Part shown: positions 45,017 through 59,287 of the stretch, piece after piece
Layout: each line of letters starts with the position of its first letter
Position numbering within the stretch: the stretch's first letter is position 1
Source: Eukaryota sp. TZLM1-RC
Taxonomy: Eukaryota > Protista > Metamonada: BaSk clade
NCBI GenBank assembly: GCA_040285825.1
Contig: JAUPSS010000001.1
Coordinates: 3,286,001 to 3,350,000, forward strand
Length of the DNA: 64,000 nucleotides
Reading direction: 5' to 3'
Position numbers and translations under genes: made by a program
The notes under the pieces: model-generated
Databases searched by the model: none
Told to the model about the DNA's origin: nothing
What the model saw: the letters and a program-made list of their open reading frames with translations, nothing else

Positions 45017-48000
45017 TGTTAGCCTTGGATAATATTTATAATAGTTTATTTATAGTTTATTATTAGTATTGTATTATTGCGCCCATGCGCTTGAGTTAAG
45101 GGAAATCCTCATTCCCTCGTAATAAATTACATTTAAGGTTTACTCAATGTCTAACCCCCAAAGATCATCAATACGTATTGGATCACCTTTGGGTGGTTCC
45201 AATGACAACTCCGAGACTGTTAGGACTGATCCTCCTACGTCTCACTCTTCGAGTTCTTCCTCCCGAACTCCTCAGTCGGGACCAGAACAACCCTTGTCAA
45301 CTGGGTCCGAGGGAAGCAATGCTTCTCCTCCTCCTGTGTTAACTCCTCCCTCCGGAGATTCTGTTACACAACCCAATGTTACAAGTTCTTCCTCCCAAAC
45401 TCCTCAGTTGGGAACAGAACAACCCTCTGGCGGCGAGAGAAGTGATACTTCCTCTCAACCCTCGGGTCAAGGTTCCACTCCATCTACGGATGACGTTCCT
45501 GTGGTTCCTATCAGTCTTCCTGTTCCTCCCTCTAATGTGGAAAACTTTGTACCTCTTTCTCCTCCCCCTGGTTCTGAAGGAGAGGTTGAAGATTCCCTTT
45601 TAGGTCCTGAACAGTTCAGTACCTTAGATGAATATCTGAAGTATATCATCAACCAGACTGATCCTGACTCGGCTAGCAACAAGATATCTGAGCTGTTGAA
45701 GCTCAAGAGGGTAGAACCTCCCTCTTCACCTATTGTTTGCGCTCCTGTTGCTCCTTCCACTTCTTCTACGGAAGCTCCTGGGGAAGGACAACAAGTTCCT
45801 TCTACTTCTTCTACGGAAGCTCCTGGGGAAGGACAACAAGCTCCCTCCATTCCTTCTAGGGAAGTTCCTATGGAAAGCAGCCCTCCGCAACAACCAGCTC
45901 CTCCTGCAGTCCCTGCTGGTAGCCCAAATCCTACTACTCCTTCTCAAGAAGTTCCTGTAGCAGGCCTTCCTGATACTTCTGCTCCTACTACGGTAGTTCC
46001 TACAGAAGTCCATTCAACTCCATCTGTTCCTCCTTCGGGAGTTCCTACTAGAGGAGTAATTCATGTCCCTCCAACCTCTGGCCAGACTCCTCAGCAAGGT
46101 CACGTTGTTTCTTCTGTTCCTGCTGCTTGGCAGGTGCTTAGTGCTGCACAGCCTAACACCTATCAAGCCCCAAGCCAGCCCCAGGAATCAGATTCTCCTT
46201 TCATCTCTACCCAACAGAGAACTGAAGCTCAAAACTTAGTTCTCAATGCAGGTATTGAATTAATGCTAGGAGATCCTGCATCGATTCCTCCCAATGAACT
46301 CATTGCTGCCTTACCCCCATTTTGGGGTCCAGAAGTGGTTAATGATCACGGCTTTAGGATCCGCAGAAGAATAGGTCCCTACTTCCCAACGGAGGAAGTA
46401 GACAATCTTACGGTTCGTTGTGACCCTCCTCCAATTTATCCTCAACGGGATACTGTTGGAGGGTTCAGAACTCCTCGTGAAGGTGTACAGAGGATCTTCG
46501 CTGGTGATGAGCTGCATCTCTTCCTCAACCGATGTAACCCATGTCCTTTCCCCAGGTTTAGCCCTGGATACAAAGCCTCTCTTGATATTTATATCAATAG
46601 AGACTTCAGGACTGGATGGTGGTACACTTACACTACGAACTATCAAAGATTGTACCTTCAAGACCGCAGACCAGACCATTGCGCGTCATATTTTGGTCCG
46701 GAGCATAGAAGGAATAGGTCACTAAGGGACGCCCTGATGAATGTACAGGAGAACATTGGTGTCACCAATTCCAGTTCTCTTCTGTGGGTCAATGTTGATG
46801 GTAACGTGCAAAGTTACTATCCGAGCGATCACGACCCAGTAGAATTGAGAACTTCTGAGCCTGACCCAGTTGAGACAGACACAGTTTTCTCATCTTTGAG
46901 CATTGAGCCTCAAAATGACCAACAACAAGATGAGCCAATGGCAACTACTGACACTGTTGAGTCAGTGCAACAACCTGTAGTTGTCCAATCTCAGGATCCA
47001 TCAACTCCTTCCCAGGTTCCTCAGGACCCTAGGCTCCTAGGAGTAACTCCTTCTAACACTCCCATAGCTCCCCAGTATTCCAACACCCTACTGATGGAAG
47101 CTATGGCGAGTTCACAAGATAGAGATAGAGATAGACAAAGAGGTGGTCGTCCTAGAAAACCCACCCTGGAAGCCAACGATATCTCTGACCCAGTAAGGAT
47201 CTTGAAATTCATCGACAGATTTATTCTGTATGCTAGGACTGAGAGGACCATTGAAGAGAGAGACATCAATGAATCTGACCCTACTCAAGTCAGACTAGCA
47301 AGAGAAGTGTCTGAATTAAGAAGACAACTTGAGGAACGTTCTCGTCCTCCTGCCACTCCTCAATCCATAAGCAGAGAAAACCGGAACCTCCCTCTCGATC
47401 AGAGATATGGTAACCCCTCCACGAGTGGGACCGATTCAGAGCTGCTGCTCAAGTCGACCCTCGTAGGATCGCCTCCTGTGTTACTCCAGAGTGCTTGGCC
47501 GCTCTGAGAGCTCATGGCAGGTTTTCGTCTATGTCTGATAGTATCTCAGCTATCGACAACATTAATGAGGAGCAAATATGGGAATCAATTTTACACCTCA
47601 GCCAGTATAGTACTTTAGAAAGGGCGAGGAATCAGTTATATAGAGTCCAGATGAATTGGAATATTCAGGACTTTAGGAATCGCTGGGGCGACTTCACAGT
47701 GAGGCTAATGAGAACAGTTTCACGAAGTACTGCCATTTCTGACGTCAGGGCAAGCGACCGTGCCTTGTATGGTCAACACTTTCTACAGCGCATTCAAAAC
47801 TGGGAAATTGCAACCCATATGATCGATTCTGTTGGTATTCAGGCCATCAGCGACAACCTGAGAACCGTATGGTCCACACCCAATGTTTGGCAACACCATA
47901 CTTTACAACAATTTGTCGACATCCTTGCTGCTGAATACATGAGTTGGTGTTCAGCAAGATCCTATGACGAGCAAAGGGCCAACATCAGTGACAGCTATCA

Positions 48001-51000
48001 ACAACATATGGGTCACTATGTTAGAGCAAACCCAAAGGACAAGAAAAGAATAGGCAAATTTAAGCCTGCGGGTTCCAGCGTCGCCCCTGCTCAACTTACC
48101 AAAAGGAGCAAGTCGCAAATTAAGAAAGAAAGAGATAAAGCTGGTCTCTGTAGATTCTGTGGTCTTCCAGGCCACTCCATTAACGAATGTCCCGACCCTG
48201 ATTGCCAGCGATCCAAGCAATGGCGAGAAGCCAACCCAGATGCCGTTCGAGCATATTTGGCTAGGGGTAGTAGTAATAGTAGTAGTAGAGGCAGAGGTAG
48301 ACGTAGAGGAAGAGGCAAGGGCCCTTCTAGTAGTAATAAACGTTCCCATAAATATTCAATGTTTACTATAGAGCAAGATAGCTCTCCAACAGGTAATACA
48401 TCAAAGCAACGTTCAAACAAATGTTCCTTGTTTACTATAGAGCAAGACAGCTCTCCAGCACGTAAAACACCAAACATAAAACAAACCTCAGTCTCCAACC
48501 AGTGGATTAAGTGCTTAACTAATCCTTTGACTACCCGGAATTTTAAAACAGCTACAACGATAGAAACACCAAATAAACCCTGTTTCATTTATGAGTTCGA
48601 CTCGAACCCAGACTCAGAGTCCCACAGCGATATCTTCATGGTTCGCACCTCAGATGTCGCACGCAAAAATTTAAAATTGAAATTTTCATTAAATAACTGC
48701 GAAATAGAAGGGATCATCGACTCTGGAGCTTCGATATCAGTCATCACTGTTGATTTAGCAGAGAGATGCAACATGGTAAAGACTAACCATTGCATAAACT
48801 TTAAGTCTGCAAACAACATCATGTCGAAGTCGTTAGGATCAGCAGAAGGCACACTGAGCTTCAGACTCGGTAGTGTAACCCAATTAGTTCATGTGAAACA
48901 TAGCTTGGCCATCATTCCTGGCAACAATATGTTACTAATTGGTAGAGACCTGTTGCATCACCTAGGCTTATTGAACGATGAAGGCCTCTTCATCAAGATG
49001 GATGAGGAACATCGTACATTACTTCTGCCTGAGGCTGAATTCGACCATCGAATCTCCCAAGTCTCAGATGTCGTCAACGTCCCCAGACGTTGGTTGGAGC
49101 ACATACAGTCTTCTGGTTGTACTATTAACCTCGACTGTGATAACGACAAGAAGACCTTACTTCTAACCTTGAAAGAGTTCGAAGAGACATTCACCCTTAA
49201 GCCGCATGCCGATGGGATTGACTGTCCTCCAATGGAGATCAACTTTCACGATGAAAGTATTCGAGTCAGACGACCCCCTCGTAGGTTAAACCCCGAGAAG
49301 CAGAAAGTCGCCGAACAGATCTTCGATGAACTCGTCGAGTCTGGATTTGCTGTACCATCGAACCATGAGTTCAGCTCTCCAGTATGTCTTGTGGTATACC
49401 CTGATCATCGTAAGCCTCGCCTTACTGGTGATTACAGCGGCAAGGACGGAGTCAACGCCAACACTATTCCCGTTGAACCTAATCTCCCCAGAATATCCGA
49501 TGTGCTAGTCTTCCTTTCGGAAGCCAATTTCATCGGCACCCTTGACCTCCCCAAAGCCTTTTGGCAACTAAAGATTGCTGAAAAGGACTGGAAGAAGACT
49601 GCCTTAAGCATCCCTGGCAAAAGTATCATGTTTAAACGTGCTGCTTTCGGCCTCAAGAACGTTCCTGCAGTTTTCCAGAACGTTATGGCAGACATCTTCT
49701 CCGGAGACGGTGTATTCATCTATATAGATGACATCATCATAGTAGGTAGAACTTTCAACGAGTTCCTCGGACGTCTAAGACGTGTCCTCGAGAAGGCTCG
49801 AACCCGTAGAGTTAGCCTTGGACTGCCCAAGTGCCATTTTGTGTCCTCTAGACACCCAATAAAAATCCTTGGTAGCAGATTCCAACACAAAACCAGGACC
49901 ATTGATCCTACACGCACAGAGTCTTTACTGAATCTTCCCAGACCTAAGACTGTGAAAGACGCCCGTAGCCTTATCGGCTCAGTCAACTTCATTAGGGAAT
50001 GGCTTCCCCAGGTAACCAAGCATGTTGCCCCGATCATCAAACTAACACACGGCAAACCACGTCGCCTGCAGTGGAAAGACACTCACGACCACCATTTAGC
50101 CGAAATCAAACGCCTGATCGCGGAGCATATGCCTCTAAACTTACCTCCGGTGGATAACCAAGTTCTAATTAGTTGCGATGCCTCTGATATAGCAGTTGGC
50201 GGCGTGATTTGGGAACAAATGGAACCCACTAAGGACCCTGGTACTTCCTTACTTAATAGGAAATGTAGACCAATCAGCTTCTTCAGCAGATTGTTGACTA
50301 ACTCCCAGCAGAACTGGCCCACGGTACAGAAAGAGCTTTACGCTATCCTTCTCATGCTTACCGAAAGTGGCTTCGAGAACTACCTCAAAGGAAGGCGCCT
50401 GATCATTTTCACAGATCACCAAAACCTTACTTACATGCTCACCGCTCCGAACAAAAACAGAATAGTCAGAAGGTGGCTTCCCATCTTTTCTGAGTTCCTA
50501 TTCGACATAGTTCATACAAAAGGGGAAGAGAACCATTGGGCAGACATGCTATCTAGGATAGTACCGCCCCAAGACAATCATACCATCAACCACCTGGTAC
50601 ATTCTAATGACCAAGAGTTTCACCCTATCTACTACACAAATAGGATTGACGAAACTGAGTCAGAGAGATGCTTCGTTGAAGATCTCCATACATTTGAGAA
50701 GGTGCTCATCCTTCAAGACAGATGCTCCAATGACCTTCCACTCTTCGAGCCATGGCTCTGCAAGATCAGGTCCGAACAAAAGCGAGCCCTCGCTAACCAG
50801 GACACCTCATTTAACAACTGTACTTTGGATAGTCGTCTAGATCTTTATCTGACTCCAGAGCACAAGATCGTGATTCCTCAATCACTGGTTAAGGATACGC
50901 TTAACCTTCTACATGGACTCCCGCAAGGTGGCCACCCCAGTAAGGCAGAAAGTCTCATCAGACTCAAGAACAGCGACTACTGGTGGCCTAACATGCTTTC

Positions 51001-52384
51001 AGACATGACCAAGCACGTCCAAGAATGCCCCTCCTGTCAGAAGACAGCAGCAGTCCCCAAACTGCATGTCCCTACAACTGGTTCCTTGTGGGCTGACAGA
51101 TCATTCGCACGAGTTAACGTCGACGTCATTGGTCCTCTTCCTGAAGATCAAGACGGCCACAGATACATTCTTGTATTTGTGGATAGCTTCACGAGGTTCA
51201 CTATCATAGTCCCTCTCAAAGAACTCAACGCCAACCTTACTGCTGACGCTCTCATATGGAAGGTATGCGCGATATTCGGGATCCCGTTCATAGTTCATAG
51301 TGACAACGGTCCTGAGTTCTCTAAAGCTGTTTTCGACGCTCTATGTGAATTTTTGGGCATAGAGGTCTCAAAGTCCGTCCCTCACTTCTCTCAGTCCAAC
51401 GGTTTAGTCGAACGCCGTCACCGTGACATTTTGCAGAATTTGAGGAAGCTGCTCGTAGATTTTAACGCCTACGACGCATGGTCAGAGTACATACCCTATG
51501 TACAATTGTTAATCAACTCATCCAAGAGTTCGATTACAGGTTACTCTCCATACGAGCTCATGTTTGGTTCAGATTTTAGCCCAAGAGCTGACCCCGGCAA
51601 AATCATAGAGACCCTCGAAAGCTCAACGTCTGAGTCAACCTACATCAACAACATTCAATCCAAATTTGCCAGATTGAAGAAGAAACAGGAGGAAGCAGAG
51701 CTTCGTCAAGCTTCCAAGGCTCCTCCTCGTGATTCCCAAATCGAAGCCAACCCTTTCTCTCCTGGCCAATTGGTCAAACGAGCTTCGTCTTCCACTGCTA
51801 AGTTACATGGTAACTAGAAAGGACCATTCTTAGTTATTGACACACCTTCTACCTCCACAGCTGACATCAAGAACCTGTGTACTGGTATGGTTGTTAAAGC
51901 CAGTGTGAAGCACCTCCAACCTTGGCATTCCAGTTTACCAGTAGATGATGAATTTCACTCCTGGGTTGCTGCTGGCGATGCAGAAGAGCACGTGATCCAG
52001 AAAGTCCTCAGTCAGGATGGTGATTACTGCCAAGTCCAATGGCCTGGCAATCATATTACCACTGAGCTGGTTTCGACTGTTCAAAACACCTCTGCCTATA
52101 AAGAATTCTCCAAGTCTGTTTCTAATACTCGCTCTCGTCCTTCACGCCGTAAACGTCGTTCTGATAATATTAACAATAATGTTAATCCAACTCCTATCAG
52201 GCCTCGACGCTCGAAAAGAAGAAAGGGCAGTGTTAGCCTTGGATAATATTTATAATAGTTTATTTATAGTTTATTATTAGTATTGTATTATTGCGCCCAT
52301 GCGCTTGAGTTAAGGGAAATCCTCATTCCCTCGTAATAAATTACATTTAAGGTATACTCAATGTCTAACCCCCACAGATCATCA
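45017..52384 (+). mobile_element. Ty3/Gypsy family A copy 2 (7368 bp)
   Basis: 154-bp LTRs at 45017-45170 and 52231-52384 (2 differences), TSD AAAT, PPT present. Confidence 0.97.
45147..52246 (+). pseudogene. Gag-Pol polyprotein with a 1-bp deletion near 47415 and a TAG at 51815-51817
   Basis: A C-run is one base shorter than in copy 1, and TAC became TAG; catalytic motifs otherwise intact. Confidence 0.92.
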
Positions 52385-54039
52385 AAATGAGAATAAGCAA
52401 AAGGCACCGACTGATATTTCACATGTTCGACTCTACCTAATTGTGCCAACGGTTCTTCATATTTTTTATCTTCCTTTATACTGCAAAGGATAATGGCGAC
52501 TCAATAGAGAGCACCAAACAAGCGGCAGAATTTTACAGACATTGACGGAGACTACATCAATCACATATTAGAACACCATCGAGTACTGAAGCTACTAAAT
52601 TTGCTCTTCGTTTACCGAAAGAGTATCATTTTCATTTGGAGATAGCTTAACGAACTAAAGGTTCTATGAAGAATTCAATATTAAAACTTTTACAAATAGC
52701 ATACAATTCATCTTAAACTGAATCATGAACAATTGAACGATAGGTAATAAAAGATTTGCAGTTTAAAATATGGGAAAGGGTAACCACATTCTTACAGTGA
52801 CAAATTAAATCATTTGGTAACGAACAAGGCCATAAGAAACATCTCATTCTCATAGCGGTACTCCATTGATGATCATTGAGTAGAAGCCCATATATGTTGG
52901 GAACTTGGGAGATCAGGCAACTTGAGCAACTGTCTTCAAGGTCGATCAAAAAGTTTGCAAAAACAAGATTATTTTCTTTAGACAAGCTAAGACGTACAAT
53001 ATAATCCAAGTTTTCTAAAACTTTTAAGATTTTTTTCTACAATTTTGCAAATGTCAATGGTAAGGAGAGCAAGCGTCTTGGAGGGTGTTCCACCATATCA
53101 GAGGGAAAACATTGAGACCGAAAATTTGATGAAAGAGAACCCTGTTTGCTGTTGAAAAGAAATAAGATAAGCGCAGCAACAATTTTCAATGAAATCAATT
53201 TGGTTTGGAAAAACATTCAAAAATTCAAATTTATACAATTCTTACCACCTCCAATAATTGCACCTTAACACAGGTGAATTATTAGAAATTGATCCATCTC
53301 GATAACAAAGTCACATTTTTGGATGTACGAAACTTGGTGGTGTTGATTTTCATAATAATTTTGTCCTTGGTTGGTTAAAATCCTACAAAATTCCAAAACA
53401 ATTTGATGGTGATGTTGACCTCAAAATGTGAATAAATTCATTGTAATAACACACCCTAAGAAAACAGATTTTTCAATGGTTATCAATATTTAAATTCTCC
53501 ATTGATTCTAACTCATTTCCAAATTAAGCCAACAAATTTGAAAGATGGCTTTTGACGTCCTCAATATTTCCAAGATCTCAAACACCCAAACACCGAAAAC
53601 CATACTGATTCTAATTGATGAAAAAAACCTTGACAATATTATTAAAAAAATCAATTGGTTCATGGCCAATAATTAAACATTTGGCAATATTAAAAGAAAA
53701 CACAATATCTTCATAACGCTGTTGAATAAAATTCGCTGATGTTTTGAGAACTGAAATAGGAGCAATGACAGAAATGTCATCCATATAGGTTACAATGATA
53801 ATTTTTGGAAACTTTTCTTTAATTCACACGAAAACGGATGAATCGCCAAAGAAAGGAAAAAAGGCCATGAGGATCACCCTGTTTAACACTTGAAAGAGAA
53901 AGTAGGTCAAAATTTTCATAAACAAGTAATTTCATTAAAAACAAGGTAACAATTCTGGCAAGTAATTCAACAAAGCACCATGAATACTGCACCGATGAAT
54001 TGAATTGAAATAACTACAAATACCTTTTTTAAACTCAAT

Positions 54040-55590
54040 TTTTATTTATTCCAATAAAAAACAAATTATACGACCAGGTTAAAATTCTATGTCTTCATAA
54101 CCCAAGTCAGCCAAGAAGAATTGATTGGAGGTTTTTCTTTCATAAACGCGTCCAATAGATAACATAGCTGAAGATAATAAGGGAACAAAATTGAAAATTG
54201 AAAATACAAATCTGTTTTGCCAAAAACTCTTGTCAAAAACTCTTCCAGTACGTTGTTTCACAATTTCAACAAAATCATCCAGAAAAGACAAAGCAAGAGG
54301 TCCAAGCGTGCCATGAAGGGAAACTGCAAATGGACAGAGGACATAATGAGTATGCGATTCTGCATTCAAGGGTAACAATTTTGCTTTGTATTTGTCAATT
54401 TTGGCTTTTTCGGAAACAGTTAAGGGGTCCCTATATTTTGATTGAGCCATTGGAATAAATGAATCATTACATACATCAGTGGATCTCACATCTGTAATAA
54501 TTTTAGTACCTCCAAGACCTTCAAGCATTAAATCACCTCTATTTCGACCAAACGAATTCAAAGTATTTTCATCAACCAAACGGGAAAGTAATAGTTCTAA
54601 ATAGGAAACAATTCTATGTGATTTTGACATACAATAGAGTTGATCTCTTACCGCCTCATGAACTTTTGATCGGAAAATAATAAAATGTTTACAATTGAAT
54701 AAATGATTTGGAGAAATTTTTGAACCACATTTACAAATCAAATTATGAGGTACGTTATCAGGCCAAATAAAACAACGAGGGCGGATTGTACAAGAAAATT
54801 CTGTATCATTTAAAAGAAGACCATAAATTTGAGGAATTTGAGTAATTAAGCACGAAGAGGAACTGTTTTGGGCAGCTAACAAATAGTTTGCGAAAGCGAG
54901 ATTATCTTTTTTGGCCAAGCCAAGACGAACATTAAAATCCAAGCCTTCAAAAATTATTGTTAACTTTTGTTGCAATTGTTTAACACAATACCTCAAATTA
55001 ACTAGTGTTCTAGATAGTATTTCCTGTACATTGTCGGGAAAACATTTACTCCAAATTTCAGAGGGCAAACAATCAAGGGCATTTTGTAGGTCTTTAGGAA
55101 AATTATTGCTTGTAAAATTCAATAAATTAACATCATTGGGAAAACGGTTGCAAAATTCAAAAACAAAATTTTTCCCTCCACCAAGAAAAGCAGCCTGACA
55201 GAAAAATAGACGATTTAGTGAAATAAATTACACCAAAATTAGATGATGAAATACATGACTTCGAAATAGTTCAGGATTGACATCAATCAAAGATGCAAAA
55301 AATTTGTTCTCAAATAGTTAAATGAGAGGCAAAATACAAATACCTGAAAAAAAATAAAAGTTCTTGACCAGAAATTTGTTTGTCTAAAATTGAAGAGGGA
55401 AGAGGGTGGGGAGAAGAAGTGGAAAGGACAACATCAGCAACTTGTGTTCGTTTGTTCTTTCTTCTGACTCTACTAGAATCAGAAACAGATTCAGGCATCG
55501 CTAAAAAGAAGTAAAAACAACGATCACGGCTCTGTAAGAATTGGAATAAGGCGCATTTTTTTGTAGAGGAGGAAGAAAAAAAATAATATA
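54040..55590 (-). mobile_element. Internally deleted CRE-like element (5' UTR and MPES start joined to thumb/RLE region)
   Basis: MPESVSDS N-terminus homologous to that at 35737; ORF 54079..55122 has CKC..HLFNC, HEAVRD and RGDL...DV; no RT core. Confidence 0.82.
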
Positions 55591-55671
55591 GTAATTCAAT
55601 AAGACATCATTTTCAATGAGTTTGAAAATCTACGTTATATTTTAGATCACCAATATAGTGAATGATTAAAC

Positions 55672-55744
55672 GCCTGTATGGCTCAATTGGTAGAGCATTC
55701 GTTTTGTAAGCGAAAGGTCCTGAGTTCGATTCTCAGTGCAGGCA
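55672..55744 (+). tRNA. tRNA-Thr(TGT)
   Basis: Same sequence as 44760-44832 except one D-loop base. Confidence 0.95.
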
Positions 55745-55899
55745 AACTGCAATGTTTTAGCAACTGGTTATCACATCTAATTCAATACAATCTGTATACA
55801 AATACAGCTCAGTCCCTTGACTTTAATTGCTTTTGCTCTTGTTCTTCGTGTTTTCACTGAAAATTTGCGGAAAGGATTATGGGATGTTACTCCAATTTG

Positions 55900-58108
55900 G
55901 ATATTTTTTATCCTTTTATCAAAATAATCCAATTTCAAAAGAAATAATTTATCAAAAGAAAAGTTGCTAGGTTAATTGGCTTTAAAAGGACGTTTCGGTT
56001 TTGCAAAGTAGTGATTATTTTTTTCCGAGTTTGCTGAATGCAATGAGAATACGATGTCACAATTAGATGTTGTTCTTCATCCACAAATAAGTTTCATTGT
56101 CCCAAACCGGATTCAGTTGAATATTGATTGAAAGATCCTGTCAATATTTCAGAGGTCTCAAAATTCATCAATCATATGCCTTCTGGAAAAGCTCCAGGTC
56201 GATCTTTGTTAAGTTTTGATATGATGAACTCAGCTGATGGACAGTGTCCGGAAATTGTTTACGATCTCGTTTATTTTTTCAACAAACTTTTAACCTTAAA
56301 AATAGAAGTTCCGTTTAAGTTGATAAGTTCTCGAATAATTTCCCTCAAGAAATCCATTGAAAATTCGACCAATTGCAATTAGTGAATTCTTGATTCTTTG
56401 GTCTTCAATTGAATTGGAAAAATACCAAAAACAAATTTAGTCCTTATCATGTTGAAATCAGAACAGTTGATGGAGCTTCTGCTGCTCTTTCCTCTGTTGT
56501 TTTCTTCAATTCAAATCCTTCTAATTACATTTTTAATTTAGATTCTAAAAATGCTTTCAATGCAGTATTCCGTTCTTCCTTTTTTTGTTCGTTGCAAAAA
56601 CATTTTCCTGAGGCTGAGTCCTTTTATTACATTTGTTTATGAAAATTTTGATCTACTTTCTTTTTCAGGTGTTAAACTAGGTGATCCATTAGGTCCTTTC
56701 TTCTTCTGCCTTGCTATTCATCCTCTTATGTGTGAATTAAAACAACAATGCAGAAATTGAAATCACTGCTTATATGGATGACATTTCAATAATTGGTCCA
56801 ATTGATTTATTGAGAAAAATTGGTAAAGTTGCTCAACAGCGCTATTATCAAATTGGACTTTCTTTAAACATTTCCAAATGTTGGTTGACTGGTGGAGATC
56901 CTGCTGAACTTGTCATTGATGATCAAATTGTTCCTTTCATCAACTATTAAGAATCAGGATTTCGATTTTTAGGTTGTTATTTAAGTAATTTTGATGAAAT
57001 TTGAAATCAACTTTCATCTCTTTTCGCAAATTTTGAACAACAACCTATTGTTATTTCAGATTTAGATCTTGAAGAAAATCTCAATTTCCTCTTTCTCAGA
57101 ATTTATTACTCAGGAAAATTTACTCATATCCTGCGATCAACCACACCATCAATATTTCTTGAGTTTTGCAGAATTTTTAACGAATTAAGAACATATTTTT
57201 TACCTAATTTACATGACATTGATTCTTCCTTTTTGCTTAGTCTTATTTTTTGTAGCACAAAATTTGGCGGCCTAGAATTCACAAATCTAAATATTTGTGT
57301 AAAGCTGCAAAAATTTCGGTGGAGGCAAGAATTTCACTTTTGAATTTTTGAAACGTTTTCCTGAAAACCAACATCTAATAGAACTTTGTGTTAGTAGTTA
57401 TTTGGTGTCTCTGCAGAATGAAAGTTAATGTCTCTCTCTTCACATCTGGTCTACATGCTTTCCTGTCGATAATCAAGAAATTTCACCCAGAAATTTGATT
57501 TGCTTATGATTTGCATACGTCAAATTGCAGAGAAAATTATTAAAAGTTTTTGAAAACTTGGATGTTACTTTTCATCTTAGCTTGCCTAAGGAAAAGAATC
57601 CCGTTTTTGCCAACTTTTTAAATGATCATAAGACAGTAGCTCAAGTTGTCTCATTTCCTAAATTCCAAATGTTTACGGTTTATTGTTAAATGACCATCAA
57701 TGGACAACTGCCCTAAGGATGAGGTGTTTTTACTGTGGCCATGTAGTGTCCCCGAAGATTTGTTTTGTCGTTTTGGTCTGCTTATTAATTTGAATCATTT
57801 ATTTAATTCCAAATTTAATATTACATATCGCTCAGTTGTTCATGATGCTGTTAGATAACAACTGTATGCCATGTGCAAAACCCTCCAGATTGAAGCTTTT
57901 ATTAAACCACTTGTGCGTAAATTGTGACCTGAAAATGAAGATGAAAATACTTTTGGGAAACGCCGTGCTGATTTATTACTCCTGGGTCTGATGGTGTGAT
58001 CAAAGTTGTTAATGATGTCAACGTTGATGTTTGTAAAGAGTTGGCAATGGATTGTGCTAAAAAGGATGAAACTCCATTTGTTTTGCAGAATAGTGAAAGA
58101 GTTGAGGC
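55900..58108 (+). mobile_element. Decayed CRE-like element (RT to RLE)
   Basis: KAPG, RPIAI, KNAFN, GVKLGDPLGPFFFCL, AYMDD, HDAVR and RRADL motifs across frameshifts. Confidence 0.85.
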
Positions 58109-59115
58109 TTTCCCCAATCATTCAATGGTAATATACCAGAACACAATTTTGTAAATTTAAAATAGACTCTTTGAACATTACAGAAACGATAGACTGGAAT
58201 GTATGAAAATGATATTTATAATAATATATACAGCTCGGCTGTTTTAAATCAAGATCTTCACTCATTGTTATTGGAAAAGGGTGTTTGTGAAAACCAGTCA
58301 TCAGATTCTTCACTGTTGGTAACCATTGTACCACGAGGATTTGGACTGTGTGCAACTAATGAAGCGTTTGTAACAAAAATGAGATTATATTTGAAAATCC
58401 ATATTAATCAATTATTATCAAAAGAAAAATGTATTTGTTCGAATTCACCTCAACTCACTTTGAGCCATGCTCTGAATTGCTCTAAATTGATAACTTATCG
58501 TTCTTCATTACATGATGCTGTTAGAGACACTGTTTTCAATATGGCACAAACTGCAAGGATATCGTGTATCAAAGAGCCTCTGCTGAAGGAAACATTTTCT
58601 CTGAATAATTTTAGTTCTGATGATAGAGGTGAAGTATACTGTGATTGGATTGATAATTTTGAAGCTATTGTTGACTTTGTCTCATGTAATGTTGCAAATG
58701 ATAGTTTGGTTCACAGAAGAAAACTTAATCCTGTGAGTGCTCTTGATTTTAAAGCAAAAGAGAAACATAGAAAATATGATAAAGATATTGAAGAAGCTAA
58801 TGCTGGCAGAAATACACAACTAGTTTTATTGCTGTGCCATTTTCGATAAATGGAAGATTATCAGATGAAGCAGAAACTTTGTTGAATGACTTCCAAAAAA
58901 TGGTTCAAGAAAAAACAATGAAAAGATTTGATTTATTTTTATCGCGTTCGAATTCAATTTGTCATTATTAATAGATCACCGAATTTTCAATTGAATAAGA
59001 GGAGCTTTAGCTAAACAGCACGCAGATCAAGATTTTGTAGAGGAAATCTTGGTTCAATGATGATCGTCCCATTAGTTGTAAATTAATTTAATTAAGTGTG
59101 CATGTTCAATAAATA
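58109..59115 (+). mobile_element. 5'-truncated CRE-like family A copy abutting the previous element
   Basis: High identity to 37865-38878, including the 3' UTR. Confidence 0.88.
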
Positions 59116-59287
59116 AAATGTTTTGTAATATTTTCAAAAATATTAAAAAAATTATAGTTACAGTAATAGAGTCTCTCAGTAGATCAGCAACAACAGTATC
59201 AATGGTAAAGTGTCTGAATGATAATTCTTAAACATGCCTAAAAAACCAACTTAAATAAGACATATTTACACCAAAACTAAATAAAAT

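Larger units (their letters stand above)
44880..53930 (-). mobile_element. Decayed CRE-like element (family B type) split by Gypsy family A copy 2
   Basis: VKQGDP, TYMDD, MRMRCFLWP, HILNC and VPFAYS motifs in 52385-53930; weakly continues left of 45017 (boundary approximate). Confidence 0.7.

Noticed and set aside
47405-47425. Programmed gag/pol frameshift in copy 2
   Set aside because: Copy 1 is continuous here. It is a 1-bp loss in a C run within gag, so a mutation or sequencing error.
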